Source of the DNA: Patescibacteria group bacterium
Lineage (GTDB): Bacteria; Patescibacteriota; UBA1384; XYA2-FULL-43-10
Assembly (NCBI GenBank): GCA_041674405.1
Contig: JBAYVT010000005.1
Coordinates: 77,047 to 141,046 of the forward strand
Length of the DNA: 64,000 nt
Direction of reading: 5' to 3'
In this document: piece after piece, positions 34,735-45,059 of the stretch
Layout of the letters: every line of letters starts with the position of its first letter
Position numbering within the stretch: position 1 is the first letter of the stretch
Notes under the pieces: model-generated
Told to the model about the DNA's origin: nothing
The model's input: only the letters and a program-made list of their open reading frames with translations
The model's database searches: none
Made by a program: the position numbers and the translations under genes

Positions 34735-34823
34735 TCTTTATTATAGAAATTGCTTCGTCCTCGCATTACTCGCAATAACTGATTTATGTAAATATGCGTA
34801 ACAGACTGTGTAATATTCTCCAA

Positions 34824-35993
34824 TTATTTTATGCGCCAATATTTTAATTTTCCGACCTGGATAACCATACCCTTATAAGCTGAAATTGTTGACTTGGGAT
34901 CAGAAATCTTTGCCCCGTCAACCCTGATTGCACCTTGTTGAATCAATCTGCGAGCCTCTGAATTGGAATTTGCTGCTCCGATTTCTACGATTAAAAGCGG
35001 AAGTTCATAATTGCCCGTGAGTTTAATTTCAGGCATTTTGTCTGGCATTTTTTTCTCACGAAATTGGGCAGAAAATGACGCGGCAGCCTTTTTGGATTCT
35101 TCCTCTCCGTGATAGAGCTTTACAATTTCAAGCGCTAACTTTTCTTTTATATCGCGAGGATTTTTACCAGATTTCAACTCGTCATCAATTTTTTTTATGT
35201 TTTTTTCATCATACAAAGCACAAAGTTCAAAATAGGTCAAAATCAGCGAATCAGGAATCGACATAATTTTTCCAAACATTATTGGCGCAGGCTCAGTAAT
35301 CCCAATATAATTGCCTTCGCTCTTGCTCATTTTTTTCTTACCATCAGTGCCAACCAAGAGCTTAAAAAGAACAATTTCTTGTGGAATTTGGCCAATTTTT
35401 TTCTGCAATTCTCTTCCAGCTAAAATATTGAACTTCTGATCTGAGCCGCCAAATTCAATATCTGCGTTTAATGCGACTGAATCATACGCTTGCATTAGGG
35501 GATAAAGCAGCTCGTGTAAGCCAACCTCTACACGATCTTTGATCCGTTTCGAAAAATCATCACGTTCAATGATTGAGGCTACAGTAAACTTTCCAGCAAG
35601 AGAAAGTATGTCACTAAAAGTCATGTTTTTGAACCACTCAGAATTGTATCTGACTTCAGTTTTTTTAAGGTCCAAAATTTTTGAAACCTGATCAAAATAT
35701 GTCTTGGCATTACACTTAATTTCTTCATCAGAGAGAACAGGGCGTGTTGTATTTCTGCCCGATGGATCGCCAATTTTGGTAGTGTAGTCGCCTATCAGAA
35801 AAATAACAGTGTGTCCCATTTCCTGTAATTCTTTAAGCTTCCACATCGCCACCGCATGGCCCAGATGGATGTCTGGCCTTGTCGGATCTACCCCGTATTT
35901 AATGCGAAGTTTTTTGCCTGTTTTCAATCTTTTTTGAAGCGAATCACTGCTGATAATTTCTTCAACTCCAGATTTCCACAAATTATTTTTCAT
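34824..35993 (-). CDS. tyrS: Tyrosine--tRNA ligase
   Basis: 389 aa. HIGH-type motif (DIHLGH), KMSKS, and a C-terminal S4-like domain. Confidence 0.85.
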   Translation of the reverse strand: MKNNLWKSGVEEIISSDSLQKRLKTGKKLRIKYGVDPTRPDIHLGHAVAMWKLKELQEMGHTVIFLIGDYTTKIGDPSGRNTTRPVLSDEEIKCNAKTYFDQVSKILDLKKTEVRYNSEWFKNMTFSDILSLAGKFTVASIIERDDFSKRIKDRVEVGLHELLYPLMQAYDSVALNADIEFGGSDQKFNILAGRELQKKIGQIPQEIVLFKLLVGTDGKKKMSKSEGNYIGITEPAPIMFGKIMSIPDSLILTYFELCALYDEKNIKKIDDELKSGKNPRDIKEKLALEIVKLYHGEEESKKAAASFSAQFREKKMPDKMPEIKLTGNYELPLLIVEIGAANSNSEARRLIQQGAIRVDGAKISDPKSTISAYKGMVIQVGKLKYWRIK

Positions 35994-36075
35994 GTTTTCC
36001 TCTTTTTATGCTTCTATACTTACTAAATTTCGACTGGGGAAAAGTGCCTGGAAATTTAGTAGTGTTAAGAATCTT

Positions 36076-36104
36076 TCCATCATTCTTGACACTTCAACCT
36101 CATC
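36076..36104 (+). promoter_or_regulatory. Consensus sigma70 promoter upstream of the PBP1A gene
   Basis: TTGACA, 17 nt, TATAAT, an exact consensus. Confidence 0.55.
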
Positions 36105-36161
36105 TCCGTATAATTGTGTCGTTTCAAGTTAATGTAAATTTTTTCGACTAAAAATTGACTC

Positions 36162-36190
36162 GTATATTCTGTTTACAGAATATCAATCTG
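36162..36190 (+). promoter_or_regulatory. Second sigma70-type promoter (proximal) for the PBP1A gene
   Basis: TTTACA, 17 nt, TATAAT. It overlaps the small palindrome TTCTG-ttta-CAGAA. Confidence 0.45.
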
Positions 36191-36247
36191 ATTCTATAAT
36201 GTAAAGCATAGAACTTCGAGAAGAAGGGTAATCGAAGAAAGGTTTAA

Positions 36248-39028
36248 ATGTCAAAAAAGCATGATCTTTTTGGAAAACTGAGAAATCCGCTCAATATCAA
36301 AAAACTCTTAACCCCACATCGCAAAAAAAAGTTTACGTGGAAAACATTAGGGAAATACGCACTTTACGCATTGGGCGCATTTGTTGTTTTTATTATCATT
36401 CTCTTTGTTTGGTATGCTAAAGATCTTCCCACCCCATCGAAGATTGCAAGCCAAACCATGTCTCAATCCACAAAATTGTACGATCGAACCGGCAACACCT
36501 TGCTGTACGAAACCGGTAATGAAAAACGAACAATTGTAAAAAGTGATCAATTTTCCGATAACTTGAAAAAAGCAACTGTCGCAGTCGAGGATTCGGATTT
36601 TTATTCAAATCACGGATTTTCGATCCGCGGTATCATGTCCGCAGTGTGGCAAAAGGTTTCTGGAAAAACAGTGGTAATGCGCGGAGGATCAACCATTACC
36701 CAACAATATGTCAAAAATGCACTCCTAACATCTGATCGATCTTTTTCAAGAAAAGTAAAAGAACTAATCCTGTCGATCGAACTTGAATTTATGTACAACA
36801 AAGATGAAATTTTGACAATGTATTTAAATGAAATTCCCTATGGCAATTCAACCGCAGGCGCCGAAGCTGCGTCGGCAATGTACTATGGAATTCCGGCCAA
36901 AGATCTGGACTTGTCACAGGCAGCCACTATCGCCGCAATTCCCCAAGCACCAACTTATTATTCCCCTTATGGCACGCATACTAATTCTCTAATCAATCGC
37001 AAAAATTATGTTCTCGACCGAATGGTTGATACTAAGGTAATCACCAAGGAGCAAGCGGATGCCGCCAAAGCCCAAGACACGACCACCGTTGGAACGATAA
37101 TCAAACCGCGAAAAGACAATTTGATCGCACCTCACTTTGCAATGTATGTTTTGCAAGAAGCTGTTGATGAATATGGTGAACAGGCTATTCAAAATGAAGG
37201 ATTAAGCATTACCACCACCCTTGATTATGACAAGCAAAAAATCGCCGAGGACGCAATAACAGCTGGCATGCCAAAAGTTGAAAAATATGGAGGATCAAAC
37301 GGCGCTTTGGTCTCTGTGGACACCAAAACCGGACAAATTCTCACAATGGTAGGATCAAAGGATTATTATGATACTTCAATTGACGGTAATGTTAATGTTA
37401 CTGATTCACTACGCCAGCCAGGATCATCCTTTAAGCCCTATGTCTACGCGACAGCTCTTAAATCGAAAGAGTTTTCTCCTGCTCGAACGCTATTTGATTT
37501 AACGACAGATTTTGGCGGAGGATATGTTCCCCATGATTATGACGGATCCACGCGCGGGCCAGTGACCCTTCGCCAAGCTCTTGATAATTCACTTAACATT
37601 CCAGCAGTCAAAACGCTTTCTCTCGCAGGCATTGATAATGTGATTGAAACAGCAAAAAGCATGGGGGTTACTTCCTTAAATGATCGAGATAAATATGGTT
37701 TATCATTCGCCCTCGGAACTGCGGAGATCCGGCCGGTCGAGATGGCGGGAGCATTCGCAACATTTGCTACAAATGGCATACATCATGACGTAAAAAGTAT
37801 ATTAAAAGTAACCGATTCACATGGAAAGTTACTATATGAATATAAACAGGAAAAAGACAAAGGAAACCAGGCGCTTGACCCACAAATTGCTTATGAGATG
37901 AGCAATATACTTTCCGATAATCAGGCGCGATCACTAGTGTTCGGCACACGCTCTCCATTGGCATTCTCCGGAAAAACAATCGGTGCCAAAACCGGCACCA
38001 CTTCAGATTTCAAAGATGCATGGACGGTTGGTTTTTCAAAATCCATTGCCACTGCTGTTTGGGTGGGTAACAACAATAATACAAAGATGAGCAGCGGAGC
38101 AGATGGTGTTGTGGTCGCTGCCCCGATTTTTCATACATACATGGACAAGGTGGTTACAGCCGATGAGCCATTTGATAAGCCAGAAGGAATTCAAACTGTT
38201 ACTGTTGATCGTTTTTCAATGAAATTACCGACCGATCAAACAACCGAGACCATTACTGACATTTTTGCATCATGGCAAGTTCCCACAGAAAAAGACGCGA
38301 CCAGCGTTAGCGTTAAAGTCTGCAAATCAAACGGACTCTTGGCTGGTGATGATGTAAATGAAGCCCTTACCGAATACAGGTCATATCGCGCAGTACATTC
38401 AGAGCGTCCTGACAATCCAAATTGGGAAGGGCCAGTTCGATCTTGGGCAGAGGCCCATGGCTACGCCAATTTTCCACCGACAGAAAAATGCAATCCTGGC
38501 GACGCATCATTACAAGTGACGATCAATACCCCGGGTAATGGTGATAGCGTTTCGGGCAGCAGTTCAATATCAGCTTCAGTAAACGGGACCTTTAACATAA
38601 AAGACGTAACTTTTTATATCGATGACATATCTATTGGCAGTGACGATTCTACCCCATACGCAGTGAATTTTGATTTCGACAACCTATCTGAAGGAAATCA
38701 CACCATTTCTGCCATTGCCACGGATGTAACAGGCACTACTTCGAAAGATACGATTTCAATCATAAGCTCAAAATCTCCGCCAACAATTTCCGCAATTGAT
38801 GCCCAGGTTTCCGGAACCAGTGTCACTATAACCTGGACTACCAACAAAGAATCAAGTTCTCAGGTACTATACGGACTTACGAATGCATTGGGGTCGTCAT
38901 CCTCACTTGATCCTAATAACAAAACTTCACATTCGGTTAAAATTAATGGATTATCTCCAGGAAAAAAATATTATTTTCAAGTGAAATCGGGATCAGCCAC
39001 ATCAGACATTAAAAATTTTCAAACTTAA
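36248..39028 (+). CDS. Class A penicillin-binding protein (PBP1A: glycosyltransferase + transpeptidase) with a C-terminal Ig/FN3-like extension
   Basis: 926 aa with an N-terminal TM anchor. GT51 motifs (EDSDFYSNHG, RGGSTITQQ) and transpeptidase SxxK (SSFK), SxN and KTGT motifs are present. Confidence 0.85.
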   Translation: MSKKHDLFGKLRNPLNIKKLLTPHRKKKFTWKTLGKYALYALGAFVVFIIILFVWYAKDLPTPSKIASQTMSQSTKLYDRTGNTLLYETGNEKRTIVKSDQFSDNLKKATVAVEDSDFYSNHGFSIRGIMSAVWQKVSGKTVVMRGGSTITQQYVKNALLTSDRSFSRKVKELILSIELEFMYNKDEILTMYLNEIPYGNSTAGAEAASAMYYGIPAKDLDLSQAATIAAIPQAPTYYSPYGTHTNSLINRKNYVLDRMVDTKVITKEQADAAKAQDTTTVGTIIKPRKDNLIAPHFAMYVLQEAVDEYGEQAIQNEGLSITTTLDYDKQKIAEDAITAGMPKVEKYGGSNGALVSVDTKTGQILTMVGSKDYYDTSIDGNVNVTDSLRQPGSSFKPYVYATALKSKEFSPARTLFDLTTDFGGGYVPHDYDGSTRGPVTLRQALDNSLNIPAVKTLSLAGIDNVIETAKSMGVTSLNDRDKYGLSFALGTAEIRPVEMAGAFATFATNGIHHDVKSILKVTDSHGKLLYEYKQEKDKGNQALDPQIAYEMSNILSDNQARSLVFGTRSPLAFSGKTIGAKTGTTSDFKDAWTVGFSKSIATAVWVGNNNNTKMSSGADGVVVAAPIFHTYMDKVVTADEPFDKPEGIQTVTVDRFSMKLPTDQTTETITDIFASWQVPTEKDATSVSVKVCKSNGLLAGDDVNEALTEYRSYRAVHSERPDNPNWEGPVRSWAEAHGYANFPPTEKCNPGDASLQVTINTPGNGDSVSGSSSISASVNGTFNIKDVTFYIDDISIGSDDSTPYAVNFDFDNLSEGNHTISAIATDVTGTTSKDTISIISSKSPPTISAIDAQVSGTSVTITWTTNKESSSQVLYGLTNALGSSSSLDPNNKTSHSVKINGLSPGKKYYFQVKSGSATSDIKNFQT

Positions 39029-39060
39029 AGAACTCAAATTAAATTTGTGTTTAATCTGAC

Positions 39061-39085
39061 AAAAGCGGCAAAAAGCCGCTTTTGT
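39061..39085. terminator. Bidirectional intrinsic terminator between the convergent PBP1A and radA genes
   Basis: AAAAGCGGC-aaaaa-GCCGCTTTT, a perfect stem flanked by A and T runs. Confidence 0.75.
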
Positions 39086-39104
39086 CTTTTGTTTAGAACT
39101 TATT

Positions 39105-40382
39105 CTAGCTTAACAAATCGTTAATTTTTACAAGTTTAGGCAAAAATTTATATCCCAATTTTTCCGCTTCCTTTTTTCTATCCACCGCCTTTGGCACAGG
39201 CCGGATTTCGCCCATAAGGCCAACTTCACCGAAGAAACATAAATCTTTCGGTATTGGCTTATTTAAGTATGAAGAAATTATTGCGGCACAGATCGCAAGA
39301 TCAACTGCCGGCTCTCGTAATTTCAAGCCGCCAATAACATTGATGTAAATATCCTGATTGGAGAGATTGATTTTTGTTGACTTTGATATAACCGCAGCAA
39401 GAAGATTTAAACGATTTAGGTCAAAACCGGATGAGGTCCTTTTTGGGTAACCAAAATTTGTTGTAATAGTTAAAGCTTGAATTTCTACAAGAATCGGTCT
39501 TGTTCCTTCAAGCGTTACAGCCACAACACTACCAGGTGATTTGTCTGGACGTTCGGCTAAAAACAACTCGGATGGATTTTCGATCGGAATCATTCCACTC
39601 TCAGACATCGAGAATATTCCCGCCTCATTCGTTGCGCCAAATCTGTTTTTAATTCCGCGCAAAATTCTGGCATCATGAAATCGTTCGCCCTCAAGATAAA
39701 GAACGACATCAACCAAGTGTTCAAGGATCCTTGGCCCGGCGATTGACCCTTCTTTGGTGACATGGCCGATCAAAATTACCGGAATTTTTGTTGTTTTAGC
39801 CAACCTCTGGAGAAATATTCCACACTCTCTGACCTGGACTAAGCTGCCAGGGGTCGAGGGTAAATCATTCAAAAATACCGTTTGTATTGAGTCAACTATA
39901 ATAAGCTCCGGCTTGTTTTTTTTAACTTCTCGCTCAAAGGCGTTAAGGTCTCCTCCGGAATATAAAGTGATGTTCTTTGATTTTAGGCCCAACCTATCGG
40001 CCCGGAGTTTTATTTGCTCCAGAGATTCCTCAGCTGAAAGATAAAGGCAATTTTTAATTTTATCGGCAACCTCCAAAATCAAGGTTGATTTTCCGATTCC
40101 CGGTTCCCCGCCCAGAAGAATTATGGAACCCCTTACAATTCCTCCGCCTAGTACTCTATCAAATTCAGAAATTCCGGTTTTTTCCCTACCAAAATTACCA
40201 ACTTTTATATCAGATAAATTGGATTTTTCAATTGAGTCAGGTGCAATATTTTGATGTGAATCAGTAAAACTCATTTCCTTTAGGCTATTCCATTCACCGC
40301 AAGCATCACATTTTCCCGACCAGGCCGAAAATTCATTGCCACAGGAGGAGCATATAAATATCGTTTTATTCTTTTTGGCCAT
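39105..40382 (-). CDS. radA: DNA repair protein RadA/Sms
   Basis: 425 aa. N-terminal CxxC zinc finger, Walker A GGEPGIGKST, the KNRFG motif and a Lon-like C-terminus. Confidence 0.85.
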   Translation of the reverse strand: MAKKNKTIFICSSCGNEFSAWSGKCDACGEWNSLKEMSFTDSHQNIAPDSIEKSNLSDIKVGNFGREKTGISEFDRVLGGGIVRGSIILLGGEPGIGKSTLILEVADKIKNCLYLSAEESLEQIKLRADRLGLKSKNITLYSGGDLNAFEREVKKNKPELIIVDSIQTVFLNDLPSTPGSLVQVRECGIFLQRLAKTTKIPVILIGHVTKEGSIAGPRILEHLVDVVLYLEGERFHDARILRGIKNRFGATNEAGIFSMSESGMIPIENPSELFLAERPDKSPGSVVAVTLEGTRPILVEIQALTITTNFGYPKRTSSGFDLNRLNLLAAVISKSTKINLSNQDIYINVIGGLKLREPAVDLAICAAIISSYLNKPIPKDLCFFGEVGLMGEIRPVPKAVDRKKEAEKLGYKFLPKLVKINDLLS

Positions 40383-42036
40383 TTTCCCTCATATCAATAA
40401 TATTAGCTGAAACATAATTTTTACCATTCCAAAAATCTTCATCAAGTGTAAATATCATATCATAACGTTTGTTTTCACTAAATTTCTGATTACAATTAAA
40501 AAATATGGACTTGATTTTCTTTTCACCAGAAACAATTCGAAACGATTGATGGGTATTATTTTTTCCCACACAGCGGATATCGGATATTTTTACATTATTA
40601 AGCTCAAAAACAGGCCTCGGATTCCCCATACCAAATGGCTCCAATTGTTTTAATCTTGAAGTTAACGATAACGAAAGTGATGCGAAATTTATCAGAGTAT
40701 CAACTTTTGCAACTTTTTCAAAAAGTTTTTTATCTAAATTATTACACAGTTGTATGAATTCCTCATAAAATTTCTGGAACTTCGATTTTTTAACAGCTAG
40801 GCCCGCTGCCCCCTTATGTCCACCAAATCTTTCAATTTTACTACTACATTTTTCTAATAGCACTATCAGATTCACACCCGAAACACTTCTTGCGCTACCA
40901 ACATATGGATCGGAGCGATCAGAAAAAATAATGGCTGGACGCGAAAATTTCTCAACTAGATGGCTAGCCGAGGGACCAAGCACACCCTTATGCCAATCCC
41001 CAAGAACGACCAATGTATTATTTTTAAGTAAATTTTCTTTTTCAATCCTTTCAGCTACTTTTTTTTCAAGTGCCGCCATTTCTTCTTGGCGCTTTTCGTT
41101 TGTCTGATTCAAAGAAAAGGCCAACTCTGCCGCTTCTTTTTTATCTTTAGTCACAAGAAGCATAAAAGACTTTGTTGCATGATCAAGGCGGCCAGGGGCG
41201 TTAATTCTTGGACCAATCTGAAAACCAATGGAATATGAATTGATTTTCTCTTTATCGATATTTGCTACTTTATATAGTTCCAAAAGCCCAACATTTTTTG
41301 TTTTTTTAAGTACCATCAAACCAAATCTTGCAATAATTCGATTCTCATCTACAAGAGGAACAACATCAGAAATTGTCGATATTGCCACAAGATCCATATT
41401 CCATTTAACAAAAGACTCACTGATTTTTTGGGGGTATTTTTTAGACAAGCCCTGTATTAGTTTAAAAATTACCCCTGCTCCAGAAAGCTCACGAAATGGA
41501 TATTTTGAACCTTTAATTTTCGGATTCATAATTGCATACACATCAGGCAAATTATCACCTGGCTCGTGATGGTCGGTAATAATCAGGCAAATGTCTTTTA
41601 ATTTTGCATAATTAGCTTCTTCAACATTTCTAATACCAAGGTCAACGGTAATGATTATGCTGCAATCTCTTTGTAATAAATAATCGATCCCTTCAGTGCT
41701 TAGGCCGTAGCCTGATTCCCTGTTGGGAATATAAATTTCTGATCGGATATTTAGTACTTCTAGCATTTTGTGCAGCAATGCCGAGCCCGGAATTCCATCA
41801 GCATCATAGTCGGCAAATATTCCGATTTTCATGTCATGTTCTATCGCTTCACGAATTTTATTTTCAATCTTTTTATAACTTGGCAATAATTCTGGGTTAT
41901 GAAAATCTTTTTCAAAATCTGGATTCAAAAATCTTTCAACAGATTTCGAATCATATCGTTCGCCAAGAATTCCCCTATTAAATAAAATTTGAAGCATGAT
42001 ATCGTCATACTTTTTTTTAGCAATTTTCCATTTCAT
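40366..42036 (-). CDS. recJ: Single-stranded-DNA-specific exonuclease RecJ (DHH family)
   Basis: 556 aa with DHH and DHHA1 motifs (ITDHHEPGD). Confidence 0.8.
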   Translation of the reverse strand: MKWKIAKKKYDDIMLQILFNRGILGERYDSKSVERFLNPDFEKDFHNPELLPSYKKIENKIREAIEHDMKIGIFADYDADGIPGSALLHKMLEVLNIRSEIYIPNRESGYGLSTEGIDYLLQRDCSIIITVDLGIRNVEEANYAKLKDICLIITDHHEPGDNLPDVYAIMNPKIKGSKYPFRELSGAGVIFKLIQGLSKKYPQKISESFVKWNMDLVAISTISDVVPLVDENRIIARFGLMVLKKTKNVGLLELYKVANIDKEKINSYSIGFQIGPRINAPGRLDHATKSFMLLVTKDKKEAAELAFSLNQTNEKRQEEMAALEKKVAERIEKENLLKNNTLVVLGDWHKGVLGPSASHLVEKFSRPAIIFSDRSDPYVGSARSVSGVNLIVLLEKCSSKIERFGGHKGAAGLAVKKSKFQKFYEEFIQLCNNLDKKLFEKVAKVDTLINFASLSLSLTSRLKQLEPFGMGNPRPVFELNNVKISDIRCVGKNNTHQSFRIVSGEKKIKSIFFNCNQKFSENKRYDMIFTLDEDFWNGKNYVSANIIDMRENGQKE

Positions 42037-42072
42037 GTGGTTTTTAAACTTTCCACTTTATCTTCTTTGGGT

Positions 42073-42879
42073 TCATTTGTAGTATGCCCAACCATCCACT
42101 CTAAGGTCAACATATTCGTTTATATTTCCAGCCCCCTGAATCATCACAGCCTTTAAATCGTTTAGTTGTTTATTACTGGATCTCGTTGAATCGAACTTGA
42201 TCATTGCCCCTTCTTTGGTGTACAAATTAAGATCAAAGGTTGTCTCTGAGATTACAAAACGATCCGGATGCAAATTAGCCATTTCGGCAATATTTTTGTA
42301 AATATTTAAAGAAAAGGCAACAAAGCTTGGGCTAACAATTTGTTTTTGCAGATCAACTGGTAACTTTTGTGCATCCTCAATAATCGGAAGGTTGGAAAAA
42401 CTTGATATGTCCGCAGTGACATCCTTGTAAGCCCTTCCTTGAGAATCAAGTAAATAAAATTTATCGCCCGTTTTCCAGACAATCGCCTGATCGAATTCCA
42501 CGACTACTATCTTTAGGGCATCTGGAAAACCTTTGTATATCTGTACGTCATTTATTTCTGGAATATTTTGTTTTATTTTCTTTTCTATATTGCCCGTGTT
42601 TACTATAAAAATATTTTTATCCTTTGGAACAATCGAGGATATTTTTTCAGTGGTAACAAGATTATTCCCTTCAATAATAATATCTCGAACCACGAAACTA
42701 CTGGATAAAAATAGCCACCACAAAAATACAATCAGTGCTGCCACAATTAAAATATTCCCCATCGATAAAAATGAAGATATTCGAAGTTCAGTTCTTTTCC
42801 GCTCTTTTCTTTCTAAATAAATTTTCGGTTGCCGAAAATTTTGAGTACGTTCTCTTTTTATCAGCCTCCTTCTTACCAT
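42073..42879 (-). CDS. ftsQ: Cell division protein FtsQ/DivIB-like (POTRA)
   Basis: 268 aa with an N-terminal TM helix. It lies directly downstream of murB in the dcw cluster. Confidence 0.6.
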   Translation of the reverse strand: MVRRRLIKRERTQNFRQPKIYLERKERKRTELRISSFLSMGNILIVAALIVFLWWLFLSSSFVVRDIIIEGNNLVTTEKISSIVPKDKNIFIVNTGNIEKKIKQNIPEINDVQIYKGFPDALKIVVVEFDQAIVWKTGDKFYLLDSQGRAYKDVTADISSFSNLPIIEDAQKLPVDLQKQIVSPSFVAFSLNIYKNIAEMANLHPDRFVISETTFDLNLYTKEGAMIKFDSTRSSNKQLNDLKAVMIQGAGNINEYVDLRVDGWAYYK

Positions 42880-43814
42880 TTGCCCAGATACTCAACTTCT
42901 TCCTCAAGCGTAATATGAAAATTTCTCTTTACCGCTTCTCTCATCTCGTCAGCTAAAATACGGACATCCTTTGCAGATGCGTTTTTTCTGTTTATTACAA
43001 AGTTTGCATGCTTAGATGAGACCGAGGCCCCACCAACTCTCAATTTTTTTGCACCCGAATTTTCTAGAAGGTAACCCGCAGATTGTTCTCTGACTCGGCC
43101 GGGATTTTTGAAAAAACTGCCGGCGCTTTTATCGGATAATGGTTGCGTCAATTTTTTTTGTTCTAAATTCTCGATTATAGTACGAAGGATCTCATCTTTC
43201 CTTTTCTGGGCTAACTGAATTTTTACAGTTAATATTACCGGCTTAAATTCTTTATTTTTGTTTCCATTTTTTAGTTTACTTCCTCGATATTTAAAATCCA
43301 TCCATTCGTGGCTGTGGCGAACGACGGCAAGCTTGCCCATCCGCTCTTCAAGAACAGTAACACTTTTTACATAGTCGCCAATTCCAAGGCTTTTGGAGCC
43401 TGCATTGTTATAAACCGCACCACCCAAAGTCCCAGGGACCCCTGCGAGAAATTCTAATCCTCCAAGATCATACGAAGCAGCCAAATTTAATATTTTTCCC
43501 AACACCAGGCCAGAATCAGCAATAATTTCACCCGTTTCTTTGTTCACTACAACATTGGAACTTTCATTCTTTATTATCAAACCAGAAAAACCGTAATCAG
43601 AAAAAACCACATTATAGCCGCCCCCAAGAACAATAAAGGGAATTTTTAATTTGTATGCAGCATTTGTTGCAGCAACCAAGTCTTCAATATTTTTTGCAAC
43701 ATAAAAAAGATCAGCGATTCCCCCCACTCCAATGCTCGTATGTTCCCGAAGCAAAACATTGGTTTTTAACTCATCTCCCAGAACTACCCTGAGTTCTTGC
43801 TCCAAAGTATCCAT
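42873..43814 (-). CDS. murB: UDP-N-acetylenolpyruvoylglucosamine reductase
   Basis: 313 aa with an FAD-binding PCMH domain and the MurB C-terminus. Confidence 0.8.
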   Translation of the reverse strand: MDTLEQELRVVLGDELKTNVLLREHTSIGVGGIADLFYVAKNIEDLVAATNAAYKLKIPFIVLGGGYNVVFSDYGFSGLIIKNESSNVVVNKETGEIIADSGLVLGKILNLAASYDLGGLEFLAGVPGTLGGAVYNNAGSKSLGIGDYVKSVTVLEERMGKLAVVRHSHEWMDFKYRGSKLKNGNKNKEFKPVILTVKIQLAQKRKDEILRTIIENLEQKKLTQPLSDKSAGSFFKNPGRVREQSAGYLLENSGAKKLRVGGASVSSKHANFVINRKNASAKDVRILADEMREAVKRNFHITLEEEVEYLGKW

Positions 43815-45058
43815 TATTTCTCCTTGACAATTTTTTCTGCCACCTTATAAATCGGTGGAATTCCAATAGTCAAAATTATACTTGAAGAATCGGTATTATT
43901 TATCAAATAATCACAAATTTCATCATCGTTATCAAACACTTTGGCCTTTTTACCCTTTGTGTTGATAATTTCTACAATCTTTTCAGAAGAAACATCGAGC
44001 TCCTCGTCCCGACCAGGCACAAAATAAATTGGTTTTAATATAACATCATCTGCGAGTTTAAAAGCATCGGCAAATTCTGATAAAAGCGGCAAAATTCTTT
44101 TATACTGATGCGGCCAAAAAACTACAACTAATTTTTTATCAGGAAACTGATCAGAAAGAGCCTTGATAGTTGCCCGAATTTCTGTGGGATGATGGCCATA
44201 ATCGTCATAAACCTGGGCGCCGTTTATGCTTCCTTTGTACTCTAGCCTGCGATGCGCTCCTTTGAATTTTTTTAACACGCTTCTTGCAATATCCAATTTG
44301 ATGCCGAGTTCTTTCCCCACAGAAATAGCGGCCTCAGAATTTAATTTATTATGTTCTCCCAGAAGGCCAATTTCGAATTCATTGCCAGAAATTTTGTACG
44401 GGACTTTCTTGGCATTTTCGTACTTATTTACAAGTTGAGATAGGTTTTGATCTTCTGCGCAATACACCAAAATCCCACCGCTTTTAATATTTTTGATAAA
44501 TTCGCCAAAAGCGTCCAAAATTTCAGGTACCCCTCCCGGATATGTGTCCAGGTGCTCTTTATCAATATTCGTGATCACTGCAATATCTGGTTTAAAATCC
44601 AAAAAACTTCTGTCATATTCACAAGCCTCCATCACAAAATATTTTGATTTACCTATCCGAACCACATCCCCAAACTCCCTCACTTCTTCCCCTACCAAAA
44701 CTGTCGGATCAAAGCCAGCTTCAATCATAATCAGGCCAATCAACGAAGTCACAGTTGTCTTTCCATGCATCCCGGAAATTGTTATTAAATATTTCTTCTT
44801 CGTAATATCCGCCAAGATTTCGGAGCGCTTTACTATCTTAATTCCCAATTTCTCCCCCTCTAAAACCTCAACCCATCCTGGAGATCCTGGGCTTACGGCA
44901 GAAGTTCTAACAATCACATCGATATCCGAAGATATATTTTTAGCATCATGCCCCTTGAGCTTTAAATCAGATCCGGTCACAACATGCCCTTCATGTTCCA
45001 AAATTTTTTGTATTCCACGCATTGATACGCCCATTGACCCGATCAGATGATAATGCAT
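43814..45058 (-). CDS. murC: UDP-N-acetylmuramate--L-alanine ligase
   Basis: 414 aa Mur ligase (GMHGKTT P-loop) in dcw context. Confidence 0.8.
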   Translation of the reverse strand: MHYHLIGSMGVSMRGIQKILEHEGHVVTGSDLKLKGHDAKNISSDIDVIVRTSAVSPGSPGWVEVLEGEKLGIKIVKRSEILADITKKKYLITISGMHGKTTVTSLIGLIMIEAGFDPTVLVGEEVREFGDVVRIGKSKYFVMEACEYDRSFLDFKPDIAVITNIDKEHLDTYPGGVPEILDAFGEFIKNIKSGGILVYCAEDQNLSQLVNKYENAKKVPYKISGNEFEIGLLGEHNKLNSEAAISVGKELGIKLDIARSVLKKFKGAHRRLEYKGSINGAQVYDDYGHHPTEIRATIKALSDQFPDKKLVVVFWPHQYKRILPLLSEFADAFKLADDVILKPIYFVPGRDEELDVSSEKIVEIINTKGKKAKVFDNDDEICDYLINNTDSSSIILTIGIPPIYKVAEKIVKEK

Positions 45059-45059
45059 A

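Noticed and set aside
44493-45050. 185-aa plus-strand ORF antisense to murC
   Set aside because: It is embedded in a conserved Mur ligase gene and its product is Ser/Pro-rich low-complexity.
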